DNA of 64,000 nt, from positions 1-64,000 of the forward strand of contig NW_027117338.1 of the NCBI RefSeq assembly GCF_038025025.1, written 5' to 3'. This document shows, piece by piece, positions 48,832 through 61,312 of this stretch. Both the position numbers and the translations under genes were made by a program. Numbering within the stretch: the first letter of the stretch is position 1; each line of letters begins with the position of its first letter. The notes below the pieces were generated by a model, which worked only from the letters and a program-made list of their open reading frames with translations, was not told the DNA's origin and made no database searches. The DNA comes from Phyllosticta citribraziliensis. Lineage: Eukaryota.

Positions 48832-49771
48832 ATGACGGAGCCGACGGTCAAGGAGTTTGCGTCCTTCGCCGTTGTACCCGCGTACTTCATCTCTCTGGCC
48901 GTCTACCGTTGGTCCCTCAGCCCGGATAGACAGTCGCTTTGGCCACTGACTTTGACATTAGAATGGATCTTGACACTCCTCGACGTCGTCTTCATACGCC
49001 GTGATCTGAGACTGCTGCTCGACGTCCCCAAACTCAAATCGTACGCGTTTGGGCGCTTCTGGAATAAATATGGTAGGTCAAATCGGACAGCATCGGCTTC
49101 AACAACTTACAAGTCCAGGCGACTTCATGTCTGCGGATATGCCCCCGGAAACGACGCGGCTGCTTTCGACAGTCCGCGGCACAATCCTCGACGTCGGTCC
49201 CGGCACTGGCGACCAGCTCTGCCACTTTGACTCTGCCAAAATCACTAGGGCTTACGGAGTCGAGCCCACGACCAATCTGCACGAGAAGCTGCGCTTCAAC
49301 GCCAAAAAGGCCGGCCTAGGAGAAAAGTACACGGTGCTGGGCGCCGGCGCGGAACCCGAGAGCTTGATTCCGGCCTTGGCCAAGGAAGGAGTGCTGGCTG
49401 ACGGCGCCGGCGAGGGCATCTTTGACGAGATTGTCGTGGTGCGCTGCCTATGCCACATGCCCAAGCCGAGAGAGTCGCTCGACACCATGTATCGGCTCTT
49501 GAAGCCTGGCGGGAGGTTGGTGACGCACGAGCACGTGTGCAACCCGTGGGGCAAGGAGATTGGAGGCAGCTTCATGTCGTTGGTGTTGCAGTACCTTTAC
49601 GTCTACCCTTGGGAATTCTTCATCAACTGCAGGCTGAACCAGGACACGCGGAAGATGCTGTTCAACACCGGAGGCAGAGACGGGTCTGGGTGGTCTGAGA
49701 TCCATTTGGAGCATTTGCTGCCGTGGAGCACGCTTCCCACCCTCGTTGGGTATCTGATCAAAAAGACGTAG
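48832..49771 (+). CDS. Class I SAM-dependent methyltransferase (METTL7-like) with N-terminal hydrophobic segment
   Basis: ILDVGPGTG motif I, YGVEP, FDEIV...LCH and LLKPGGRL. One intron. Confidence 0.88.
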
Positions 49772-50800
49772 AATGATGGTTGGAGGTGTTGATTGCTCTG
49801 GGGCTGCAGAAGAATGCGGGGATAGACATGGCGTGGGTGGATGGGTTCGGGGGCCTAGCACAAAATAAACAACGTCCACGCGACCGCTTTGAAACCGTTT
49901 TGCTTTTGAAACCGTTTCTCTTCGACAGGCAGAGGCTGAATACCCGCGTGTCCGGAGCTGCAGCCACCCTTTTGCAATCCACGATCGAGCGTCTCCCCAT
50001 GGTGTCGAGACATTTGACGCTTTGGATGACGACGCTCGGGTCAATGGCGTACGAGATAGACTTTGGTCGAGTGTTTCGACTCCTATAGGAGCGTACGTCT
50101 GCGTGAGGGATTATCCGGTGCCAGCATGCAGTAATGCACAGTGGTATTGGCGGCCCGAGAGCAACCGAGTTCGGCAACCGAGAGGCCCTGGTTAGTGTGT
50201 CGACGATCCATGAGCATGGGGTTTTGGTGTTGAGGGGGAGGCGGAGGGTATTGGGAGCATTCGAGGGTCAGAAGCTGGGAAGACTGGTGACGGACGGGGA
50301 GCATGGAAATTGACAGGTGGAGCTATTGGAATCGGGTACGTCTGCGCCAAACCAAGAGCACCATGGTGGATATAAACACTGGACAAGGGGACATGCACGT
50401 GAAAGGAGGGAGCGGAGGTGCAGGCGGACAGGCGGGAGATTCTGCGGACCGGCTGGCCCTCGGCGCGGTGCAGTGACCTCAGTACCTTACCTTACCTCCA
50501 AAAAGAACAACCCATGACTCCTCCGCCTTCGCTCCCAAATTCCATTGACCTGCCCTTCGCCGCTCCGCGTCTCTTTTCCTCGACCTCGTCCTCGCGACCC
50601 TCGCCGTCTGCTCCTCACCCTCCAGCGCCTCGCCCGCTGCCCCGCGCTACCTCGGTTGACCGGTCCCGGAGCTGCCAGTGGACCTCCCATCTGCTGCTCC
50701 ACTCGTCCGTCGACCACCACCCGCGCACGAGACCACGCGCCCAAGCACCGCCGCATTGAGGGACGACTAGAGGGCCGTGTGGCCTTCAACAACCGCCAGC

Positions 50801-52342
50801 ATGTCGTGGAAGAAGAGCGAGAAGCTGATGGACACCATTAAGCACTACGCCAGCTTCCCGGCTACCGGCGTTAGTCTGAGGCAGATGGTCCAGTTTGGCC
50901 AGAGACCTTCGACAGGTTTGACGCCTCCTCAGCCTCCGCCTTGCTCTCTTCTGACAGACAATCCAGGAACCCTGTTCCGCGCCTCACAGTTTCTCTCCGA
51001 GGAGCTTCCCATTCGCCTTGCCCATCGCGTGCAGGAGCTCAACGAGTTGCCCGATGGCCTAAGCGAAATGCCCTCGATCAAGAGGGTTCAGGACTGGTAC
51101 GCCCAGTCTTTCGAGGTGTGTTGCCAAATCCGAGTCGCAATTCGAGACGCTTGCTCACTCGACATCGTATGACAGGAGCTCGTTACCATGTCGCGGCCCT
51201 CGATATCCCAAGAGGTGCGCCAGCGCCTCATTGCGCCGTCCAAGCGGAATAGGGAATCAAGAATTCTCAGCCAAACGACGCAAAATCCAAGCGTCAGAGC
51301 TGGACAGTACAGATCGGCGCCGCCGGAGCCCGAGGAGAATGGAAATGGCAACGGCCATGGCAAGATTGCCTCGCAAAAGAGATATTTCGTAGCGTCGGAC
51401 GGCCTGGAAGACTGGCCGCCGGAGCTCAACCAGTACAACATCAGATTCGCCCAGGTCCTCGAAAGAATCAAGCGGCGGCACGACAGTGTGGTGACGACAG
51501 TTGGTGAGTACGTACAAATCGGGCGGAGCGCGGCTCCTAACACCAACCAGCGCAGGGCATCCTTGAATACAAGCGCAAGCGCCAACGAATGCAAATCGAC
51601 CACAACATCCAGGCCTTTTTGGACCGCTTTTACATGTCGCGCATCGGGATAAGAATGCTCATCGGACAGCACATTGCCTTGACTGACCAAAGACAACGAA
51701 GCGATCCAAACTACGTGGGCATCATATGCACAAAAACCAACGTCCGGGATCTGGCCATGGAAGCCATTGAAAATGCACGGTTTGTCTGCGAGGACCACTA
51801 CGGCCTGTTCGAAGCACCCAAAATCCAGCTCATCTGCGACCCAAACATCCACTTCATGTACGTCCCAGGGCACCTGTCGCACATGCTGTTCGAGACGTTG
51901 AAGAACTCGCTCCGCGCCGTCGTGGAGCGCCACGGCCAGGACAAGGAGGAGTTCCCCGTGACCAAGGTCATTGTTGCCGAGGGCAAGGAGGACATTACCA
52001 TCAAAATCTCGGACGAGGGCGGCGGGATCCCGCGCAGCGCCATTCCGCTTGTATGGACCTACATGTACACGACCGTTGACCAAACGCCGAATCTGGATCC
52101 TGATTTCAACAAAAGCGACTTCAAGGCGCCCATGGCCGGATTCGGGTACGGGCTGCCCATCAGTAGGCTGTACGCGCGGTACTTTGGCGGCGACTTGAAG
52201 CTGATTAGCATGGAGGGGTGAGTCAATTACGCTGATCTATTTCACGTACAACAACAGACACATCTAACGCGCCAACAGCTACGGAACCGACGTATACCTG
52301 CACCTGAACCGGCTCTCGTCGTCGTCGGAGCCGCTGCAATGA
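50801..52342 (+). CDS. pkp1: Pyruvate dehydrogenase kinase (PDK/BCKDK family)
   Basis: Five exons. ELPIRLAHR, FLDRFYMSRIGIRML, ETLKNSLRA, ISDEGGGIP, MAGFGYGLPISRLYARYFGGDL and GYGTDVYLHL...EPLQ*. Confidence 0.93.
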
Positions 52343-52642
52343 CAACTGCCAGTCATGAGGAGCGATTGGATGCGAAGTGCACGCAACAACAGCAGTAGCA
52401 ACGGCGGCGGAAGTTATTACAGCTCGACCAAATCCATGCTCCAAGGATTGACGCGGCAGAAATCGGTCAGCGCGCAGAGTCAGGCGCTCGCCATGGCGTC
52501 GCGCGTCAAGCGCCTCAAGGTCGACCCCGACATGGAGGAGCGGGCGTTGTGGGAGGTCAGCGAGCGCCGGCAGGTGGGCGACGCCGAGGCCCTGTTGCAA
52601 GGGGCCTGGTGGCGCAAGGTGGGGATCGAGGAGGGGGTGTGA
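52343..52642 (+). CDS. Candidate in-frame readthrough extension of PDK (99 codons), or small downstream ORF (ATG 52355)
   Basis: Same frame as the PDK stop, open for 99 codons, with coding-like G/C-ending codons in its second half. Confidence 0.45.
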   Translation, partial: QLPVMRSDWMRSARNNSSSNGGGSYYSSTKSMLQGLTRQKSVSAQSQALAMASRVKRLKVDPDMEERALWEVSERRQVGDAEALLQGAWWRKVGIEEGV

Positions 52643-52699
52643 CGGCGACGGCCGTTGATGACGATGATGTAGTTGTGGTGGTGGTGGGTGTCGTTTATG

Positions 52700-54350
52700 T
52701 TTTCAGCTATCCGTTTTTCTCTCTCTTTCAACGGGCGGGGTCCAATGTCCAATGACGTTCTCTTTTCGTTCTTGGGGGGTTTGGTTGTTGCCGTGTACCG
52801 CCTCGCGACCCCTACTTTTCTCTTTTCTCCTTTCTCCCTTCCCCCCTTTTCCTCCCCTTTTCTTTTCTCTTCTTCTTCTTCTTCGTCGTCTCACCTCCTC
52901 CCTCCTCGTCCTCGTCCTCTCGGCGGCTCAGCAAGGAATCATCCCTTGGGTGGTGCACAGGTACATGTATGTAGGAGGGAGTCGTTTAGGATGTTGGACA
53001 CTTCTTCTATCTATTTGTCTTTTTTTCCCTTTTCCCGGGTGTTTTGTTTTGTTTTGTTTTGTCGTCGCGTCTCGTCTCGTCTCGCGCAAATTGGGTTTGG
53101 TTCTTGTCCGGTTGCGCACCCATCCTACTACCTCCATACCTATCTACTTACTTACCTACCTACCCACTTACCTATCGTACGTACGTACGTACCGTACCGT
53201 AACATGCGTACGCCGCTTTGGATCTCGCCTCTTCTCTCTCTCTCTCTATTTCTGTTCTTTCGCTTCGCGTTTCCTTCTCTTCTCCTTTTTTTTTTTTTTT
53301 TTTTTTTTTGGTCACCGTGTCGTTGCTGGCAGGTTGCAGGTTGCAGGTTACAAATTGCAGAATGAGATGTGTGTAGCTGGCTGACTGGCTGTGCGGTGGG
53401 GAGGGATGAGCACAGTGCAATACAGCCAGTTGCGTGAGACTGGAAAAATAAAGGACAGACGGACGGGCGGACAGGCATGGCTGAGTACTCCGGCTGTAGA
53501 TTGTACGTGATTGAATAGGTGGGGTGGGATGGGATGGGCAGTCTAGGCAGGATAGGATTGGCAGGGCATCACGAGTAGGTGGGTGGGTGTGTAGGGTGGA
53601 AAGGGTAGGGTAGGGCATGAGGCATCTACCAACGCATTATGCATCGATTCAGCAGTTCAGCAGTTCAGCACTTTGTCTACGTGAACGGCAGCTTTGTCGT
53701 GCATGCATGTTGAAGTCTCACGGCGGGACGGCATGACGCCATTTAATGAGCCAGTCAATCAGTCTAATTTGATACAGATACAGTATAACCCCCATATTTT
53801 CCTTGCTCCCCCTATCCCATCACGTCACACCATATAACAGCAACCACCTGAGGTATGTGTACATACATACATATTTATTCATTCGCTCCTGATGCAGTCA
53901 CTCACTGCTCAACTATCCCTCCATCCATCCACGCATGCATTCACCGACCACCTCAACCCACCCATCACAGCCGTCTTTTTCGCCGCCAAAGGGAAAAAAA
54001 AGCATCGAGAAAAGGAAAAAGTGAAAGCGCATAAATATATCCCGAGACCCAAGAAACTCCCACCATCAAGTAGAGAAAAAGGAAAATCGTAGGAAAATCC
54101 GCTGACGGGCTGGCTCACTGGCTCACTGACTCACTGGCTTGCCAGGGGCAGCAGCAGCAGCAACAGCAGCCACGCACCCACGAGACGCTTCTCATCTCTC
54201 TCTCTCTCTCTCTTTCTCTTGCATGCATCCATCCGTCGTCGTGACATGGAAAAAAGACCAAACCCCCATTTTTGATGTTTTAGTTCGGTGGTGAGTGGTG
54301 AAGTCGCGTCTCAACGACCAATCAACCAACCAACCAACCGAACGATCGTC
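52700..54350. repeat. Microsatellite-rich, low-complexity intergenic region between convergent PDK and homocitrate synthase
   Basis: (TTTTG)n, (CTCGT)n, (TACC)n, (GTAC)n, (TC)n, poly-T at about 53285-53308, (GGGAT)n, (CAG)n and (AACC)n. Confidence 0.85.
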
Positions 54351-54471
54351 CGTCTATACCGTTTGATGATTTGCGACCCCTCAAAAAACCGACGAGGGAG
54401 TCGCCACTTTTGGAGCCGCCGGCAGCTGGCGAGCTGCTCGTCAAGCAAGTCAGGACACAACGAGAGGACGT

Positions 54472-56225
54472 CTATGCGGCGACCTTGGCCTTCTTGGCCG
54501 CCGGAGCAGCGTCGGCCTCGGCCTCCTGCTCGAGGGCCCTCTTCTCGCCCTCGCCCGAGAGCTGCCTCTCGGCCTCCTCGAACTTGGCCTGCTCCTCCTC
54601 GGTGAGGTCGGCGATGAGCGGCTTCTCCTCCTTGGAGTGCAGGTTGAGGTGGAAGGTGCGGATGATGGAGTCGGCGTCGTCGATGGCGATGGGGCGCACG
54701 TCGGCGAGGGCCTTGATCTTGGCCGTGACGAGCTTGATCTGCGCGTCCGTCATCTCCAGGCCGAGCTGCTCGACGCGGCTCTTGATGGCGTTCCAGCCCG
54801 TCAGCCGCGACGCAAAGTGCACGTAGCGGCTCATGCCGAAGTCGGCCGGGTTGATGATCTCGTACGTGCTGGGGTTGTTGAGGATGGCCTTGGCGTGGAT
54901 GCCGGCCTTGTGGGTGAAGGCGCAGAATCCGGTGATGTAGTTGTTGAAGGGGATGTTGATTTGCACGGCCTCGGCGACCATGTCCTCAATCTCCTTGAGC
55001 TTGTGCAGCTTGTACTTGCCCGTGACGTAGTCGTGGTCGGCGACGATCATGCGGGCCATGAGACCACCGAGAGGAGTGATGCCGTTGCGCTCACCGATAC
55101 CAATGACGGAGGTGTCAATGTGGGTGGCACCGGCCTCGAGGGCGCAGTAGGCGTTGGCTGGATCAAATTAGCGACATTCGGGTCCTCGAATCCAAGAGAC
55201 TCACCAATAGCGCAGCCAGTGTCGTTGTGGAAGTGCGTCTCAATGTCGCAGCTGACAACACCCCTCAGAGTACGGACGAGGTCGTAGACCTGGCGAGGAG
55301 AGGCGCACCCGACGGTGTCGGCAATACCGACTCTGCCAACGCCAACCTTGTCGACAGCCGAGTAGATGGAGAGCAGGTCGACGAGGTCGGAACGGAACGA
55401 GTCTTCGGAGGAGAAGCGGATCTCGAGGCCCTTGGACTTGACAAACTCGATGACTTCAATGGCGGCCTGCGCCTGTTAGCAACGTCCAACCAGATGCAGT
55501 CGCTCAACTTACATTCTTGATGTAGGTCATGTCCTTGCCGTGCGAGTGCTCCCTCAGGTACGACGAGGTACCAATGACGACGTCGACACCATCGACACCG
55601 GTCTCGACGGCCAGCCTGGCGTCGTCCATGTGGCAACGGACGTGGGTGAGAATCTTGGCCTATTTCTTTGTCAACGCCACGCACACAAGGGCGGCGGCGG
55701 CGGGCGAGCTCTCACCTTGAGGCCGAGCTTGCAAATGGCCTCGCAGTCGAGGCGAGACTGCTCCGAGGCGGCGGGCGAGGTGAGCTCAATGTAGTCGACG
55801 CCAAAGTCGTCGAGGGCCTTGGCAATCCTGATCTTGGTCTCGGTGTCGAAAAAGGCATTGGCAAACTGCTCGCCCTCTCGCAGGGTGCTCTCGATGATCT
55901 TGAAGCGCGAGACGTTGCTGAGGAAGTCGCCCACGGGCTGGTAGGGGTTCGAGGGCCGCGGGTGCGGGTTCTGGGCAGTCTGCGGCAAAGAAAAAAAGTC
56001 AGAGGAGGGTTTGGTTTCGGAGTTTCAAGGCTGGCGCGACGTACGCGAATGCCAGTGAAGCCGGGGTGCGAGGCTGCAGTGGGCGAGAGGTTAGAAGACA
56101 CTGACTTGGTCATTTTGGGCTATGACGGCATTGGACGTACAGTCGGCACCGTTGGTGCCGTTTTGATGGCCGTTTTGGTGGCCATTGACGCCGTTGGTGG
56201 CGGGGGGATTGGCGGAGGGGCTCAT
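54472..56225 (-). CDS. LYS20: Homocitrate synthase
   Basis: Multi-exon, including a 29-nt microexon at 56073-56045. [31 protein letters not shown] and C-terminal NLS-like PAAKKAK. Confidence 0.95.
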
Positions 56226-56703
56226 GGCTGTGAATCGAGGAGCGGGATGGATGTGTCGTGTGTCGAGTATTGGAGCGGCGAGGGCAGTATTTGAAGTTTT
56301 TGCTGGATGACTGGACTGGAAGATGGGCGGTGCCGTGCGTGCGTGCGCTGGGGCCCAGAAGCCAGCCCAGCCCAGCGGAGGGCCCGATCTCGGCAAAACC
56401 AGACGTTGGCCTTGAAGATGCGGGGGACGTGGAATAAGCAGCCGCCAATTTGTTTGTCTGTTCTTCTCTGCCCTCTTCTTTGTTCCCCATCCCGACTCGC
56501 CAGTGCAGTACTGACAAAGCCAGAGCCTGCATCGACTCTCAATTGCCCTCCGTCCATCACCACCACCTCCTCAGCGTCCGTCCGAGGGCCCGTCAGTGTC
56601 ATGGCATTCATATCCAGATTTGCGTTTGCCCCTGGCTACGGCACCCACTGCGTCATCGCTTCCCAAAAAATGCACCTCACTGTGCTGCAAACTGTTCCCG
56701 ACG

Positions 56704-56710
56704 TGACTCA
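56704..56710. promoter_or_regulatory. Gcn4/CpcA (cross-pathway control) consensus site TGACTCA upstream of homocitrate synthase
   Basis: Perfect 7-mer about 480 bp upstream of the ATG of an amino-acid biosynthetic gene. Confidence 0.6.
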
Positions 56711-57091
56711 CCTCACCTACGGTCGGTACCTATGCATCAATCAATTGCCCCAGCCATGACGCTCCCCCATTCCCCAATCCGCCCATTGACCCACTGTTCC
56801 CTCTCAATCCCCTCTCATGGCCATCCATCAATCTCGTTCATGTCCCGCAGGCACGCGACAGTGCGCACCACGAAAAAATTTACTGTCAGCTCACCACCTG
56901 CAGCTACTGCTAGCACCACGCGACCAATCAGGCGGCCCGCAATCCATCCTCGTCTGGGGTAATGCTCCATCTTCCCCTGTCCACATCTTGACGTCGTGCC
57001 ACTCCCTCCCGCAAAAGACCCAAGACTCCCGACGACAGAAAACTAAAAACAAAGTCTGTAGTCCAGTCACGCTTTTGTCCGTTGTGACTCT

Positions 57092-57953
57092 TCAGAACGG
57101 CGTGTAGGGTGGCGGATCATCCCCCGGGAACTTGCCAGCCCTCAAACTGCCCATCATGCTGCTTTCTCCATCCTCGTCCGGATTGTACGTGTACTCGACC
57201 ACTGTCCCAGCCCGCTCACGCTCGCCGCCGCCATCTTCTCTCACGCCCTGTTCGTTTCCCGCCGCGTCGTACGTGTGGTACCTGACGCCGCCTTGGTCCT
57301 CGACGCTAATCCGGAGCGCCATCTTCAACGTCCGCAGTTCCTCCTCGCGCTCCGCCAATTCGCGCGCACTGGCTTCGAGCGCCTCGTCCAAGCACGCCTG
57401 CTCGTCGTAGTTGTAGTCGATGGTAAGATTGCGGCTGCTGCCGGCTAGGGTGACGTCTGTCCCCGAAAGCCTGGTTCGCTGAAGTGCCGACGCAAGGTCA
57501 TCTTCATAGTTGGCCCTCGGCTCGTCGTCGTTGTTGAGGCTTGGGTGCTGGTCCAAATGCCGGTAGAACTCTTGATCGTTCGCTGCCGGCCTGCTTGCCC
57601 TGGACGCCATCGAAGAAGCTCTGACCGGACCGTCCCGAGTCGCCACCTCTCTGGTACCCGGGTCGCTGGCCACTGTTGCCGTCTCTGCTTCTTCTTGCCC
57701 CGTCGTTTGGCTGAGCTGGTCTGTTTTGCGACCATGGTCATGGCGACGACTATTCCCGTGTCAGTATTCCGAGCTCGTTGAGACATCGGGCGACGCACTG
57801 CAACAGCCTTGCTGCTTTTTGCTTCAGCATCTCCCGCTTGGACTTGAGCATCACCTCCAGCCCTCGCATGTGCGTCTTGGCAAATGCGTCCACCCGCTCA
57901 TGTCCCTTTCGGCGTGGTGCCTCGTGCTTGTCGCTACTGCGATTCTTGGTCAT
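57092..57953 (-). CDS. Hypothetical protein with UIM-like helices and C-terminal PPPY motif
   Basis: Two exons joined in frame (GTGCGT donor; CTGAC branch; TAG acceptor near 57750). Ends DDPPPYTPF*. Confidence 0.65.
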
Positions 57954-58219
57954 TGGTGGTCGAGGTTGTGTCGGGTGGTTGTGAGGTTGTCTGATTGTGG
58001 TGATGCGGAGGTGATGCGGAGGAAGCTGTGGTCTGTTTTACTCCGGCGGTACGTTCCTTCCTTCTCAGAATGCCCATGTTCGGAAATGGGCTTTGGCAGT
58101 GTACCTCCGGCTTCCTCTTCGCTTGACAATCGCTCCAGGCAGGCACTTGTGATCAACGAGACGCTCATCCAAAGATGTACATCATTGGGCTTGAAGCATT
58201 CATCTAGACTCTCATCAAC

Positions 58220-60123
58220 TCAACCAAGCCCGTTCAACTTGATGACCATCTCTCGTGCTACCTCTGGTCCAACTGCTGCCGCCATCTCAGCAAACACGCC
58301 CTTGATTGAATGATTGTCCATCACACTGCCCTGGTCCCACATGACAAGATCTTGCGTCTTGACAATCAGATTTGTCTGGTCAGGCCGCGGTATCAAGAGC
58401 TTCATCTCGTCCAGCTTGACCTGCTCCTGCAGCTCCTGGGCATTCAACACGCCTGGCACGCCAAGCTCAAGCACCGACATGCCCTCGTCGACCGCCTTGA
58501 ATGCACTCACAGGCGAGCCAGGTGAAGATTCGTCACTTCCATCTTCCCGCATGGGCGTGTCACCGCCAACGTCGACTGGCTGGTCTTGCTTCCTGCTTCG
58601 CTCCTTGGACAGGGAGACGTACTTCTTCTTGTCCAATAGCTCGCGCAGCTCCCCTTCGAGTGGATCCCACTCATGTGTCTCCGGATCCAGTACAAACTGC
58701 GGTCGGTAGTCGCCCTTGTACCGCATCTTCTTGCAAGAGTGGATGTAGTAGCCCATGTAGTAGTACTGCAGTCCCAGCTCGTGGGCCAACGACGCCTCTC
58801 GCAAAGCGCTGATTTTGCCAAACGAGTACTTTTCAAAATCCGAGTGGTAGATGAAGTAGACGCCACTGACGGCATGAGGGAGCAAATCAAGCACGGCCAT
58901 TGCAACCAGTCGCCCGTCTAGCCTGTAGCATTGGTGAAAAGATCCCAGCTGAACAGACAAATTGCCGTCTCCTGTTCGCCTCTGGAGACTCGAGTCGCAG
59001 AGGAACCGCTGAAACTGCCTGGAAGAAATGTCCTCGGGGTTGTCATGATGTACTGCTTGCTGGTAGTTGGAGTAAAGCTCAAACTTTTCGTCGGTGAAGC
59101 TGTCTCGCTCCAGAGTCACTTCGAATTTGTGAGCAGGCTCAGGGGGTGTCTTCAAAGTCGAGTATTCGGCCTCGTGCACAGCTTCGCCAAGATTGAACTC
59201 GTTGCGGTCGCGTGCTTTTTCCCTGGCGTCGGATCATGAGCTTGATGATCCTCGAGCGATGGCACCGTCTTACTCTTTGGACTTTCGGTATCGCTTCTTC
59301 GCTTCGGCAATGTACGCATCGCCAAGGACGAACCGATTCCAGCGGTTCTGAGCTTGCCGCTGATCTCGCGTGGCCCTGAACTCGGCTGCTGGAAGTCTTG
59401 AAAGGAATCAATACCGGCCGCGGTTTTTGATGATTCGCCGACTTACCGGATCGTGTAGTGAGGACAGCATGATCTCTTCAAGTCCGGTTTGTAGAGAAGA
59501 GTCCCCGATCTGCATTGAGCCGGATTAGCTCTGGCCTGATGATGGGACGGGAACGCCCGCAAAGAAGCGCATCCCACATGGTGTGGGGGATTACCTTCTC
59601 CATCCGCGGTCGATGAGGGCTTGGTAGTGTCTGACGTCGAGATTCCTGCTGCTGATGTAGTAGGAGGCGCCTGGAGAAGGAATCAACCGTCAGCCTCGGG
59701 GAGCTAATCAGGCTCAAGGACACGACGGGACGGCTGCTGAAAGCAAGTCGAATGGTCCAGCCAGCACACCAACGGCGGAAACGTGGGGGATCATCTCAGG
59801 GCGACCTGACGCGAGGATGGTGCATCACGTGATGGGATGCTGTCGAGACGTGACGGACGTGATGGACGCAGAACGGCGAGAATCATGGTGGTGGTGGAAA
59901 AGCTCACGCGAGTCTGGGGATCTCTGACTTGTCTCTTCATTTTTGCAGTATCCACATGAGCCCGTCGAGTAGCCTGGCGAGGGAAACGTCAGCCAAGCAG
60001 CGCGGGTGGCTTTTGGACCAGCCAGAGGCCCACGGGCCACGACGGCGGGCGATGAGTGGATTGCGGCTTACCGAGCGGCGTAAGGAACGAAACGGGAGCT
60101 GGGTCAGCGGCCAGGGCCTGCAT
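58220..60123 (-). CDS. ATE1: Arginyl-tRNA--protein transferase
   Basis: Multi-exon. SCGYCK, CCPHYTIR, GSFHQCYRLDGRLVAMAVLDLLP and YYYMGYYIHSCKKMRYK. Confidence 0.93.
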
Positions 60124-60582
60124 GGCGGTCGGACGAGGGCGACGGGAGGTGAGGTGTCGTGGGAGATGGTCGAGCAGCGCAGCAGGCAGCGCAGCGCGGG
60201 AGCGGGCAGGAGGAGCAGAGGGGCGAGGCGGGGGATATGTACGCAGGCCGCGGACGATTGAGGAGCGAAGAGAGCAGAAGCATGTCTTGTGTGTAGTCGT
60301 TGGAGGGTTCGGCTGGCGTCAAGTGGTTGGCAGGACTCGGTGCGTCGTGTAGATCATGGCCGCCGCTTGGCGCCCTTCGTTTTTTGGACCCTGCCCTGCG
60401 CTGCCCCGTCAAAGACCACGGCTCGATGCGAAGCCGACTAACACTCTTCTCTGCCCACGATGCCTCTCTCCTTTCACTCCCCAAGGACTCCCGCTCTCCC
60501 TCAGCCCCGTCCTCCGCGGGACTGAGCCCCAACTCCCTCTGAACGCCGTCTCGCTCCCATCAAACCTGCCCAGACCTCCCCC

Positions 60583-60613
<31 letters not shown>

Positions 60614-60759
60614 CGCCGCCGACGTCCGTGTTTGCTCCGCTTCACCCAGCCTATTCTCAGGTCGCCATCGTCCGGCGTCCCAGGTTGCACGCGACCTCGT
60701 CCGCTCGTTACCGCACTCACCCCGCCGACACGGTTGCACACTCGTCACCGTTGGTCGAC

Positions 60760-61312
60760 ATGGCCCAGCAGAATCTGTCCATGCAGGCGCGCACCGGCCG
60801 CAGCAACCAGCGTACGTGACCTCGTCCATCATCTCAAGGCCCTGCGCGTGCGCCTCCGCCCGCTAACAAGTCTGTGTCTTGCAGGCTACGGAACCAATGG
60901 CGAACGTCTCGTCGCCGGCATCGTGCCCCTCTCCTCTGACAAGTACTACGTGCTCTTGATTCAATCCACCCGCCACGACACCTGGGTCCTTCCCAAGGGC
61001 GGCTGGGAAATCGACGAAGCCACCGCTCAAGACGCCGCGTGTCGTGAAGCTTGGGAAGAGGCTGGCATTATATGCAAAGTCACATATGATCTGGGCTGCA
61101 TCGAGGAAAAGCGCAGCCCCTCGCAAATGACAAAGGAAGCTCCTCGTGCCATCTACCACTTCTTCGAAGCGTCGGTCGACAAGCTGGAGAACGAGTGGCC
61201 CGAATCCCACAAGCGGAATCGAAAGTGGTGCACCTACGCCGAAGCAGCGCAGGCACTCAAGGACCGCCCGGAGCTCTTGGCCGCTCTGAACAAGTCCACC
61301 ATGCACCGGTAG
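60760..61312 (+). CDS. DDP1: Nudix diphosphoinositol-polyphosphate diphosphatase (Ddp1/Aps1)
   Basis: ARTGRSNQR, intron, then YGTNGERLVAG. Nudix box PKGGWE...AACREAWEEAG and WPESHKR. Confidence 0.92.

Noticed and set aside
60356..60759. Arg-rich N-terminal extension of the Nudix ORF
   Set aside because: Produced by a (CGCCGT)n microsatellite in the 5' leader and an unspliced intron. The conserved start is ATG 60760.
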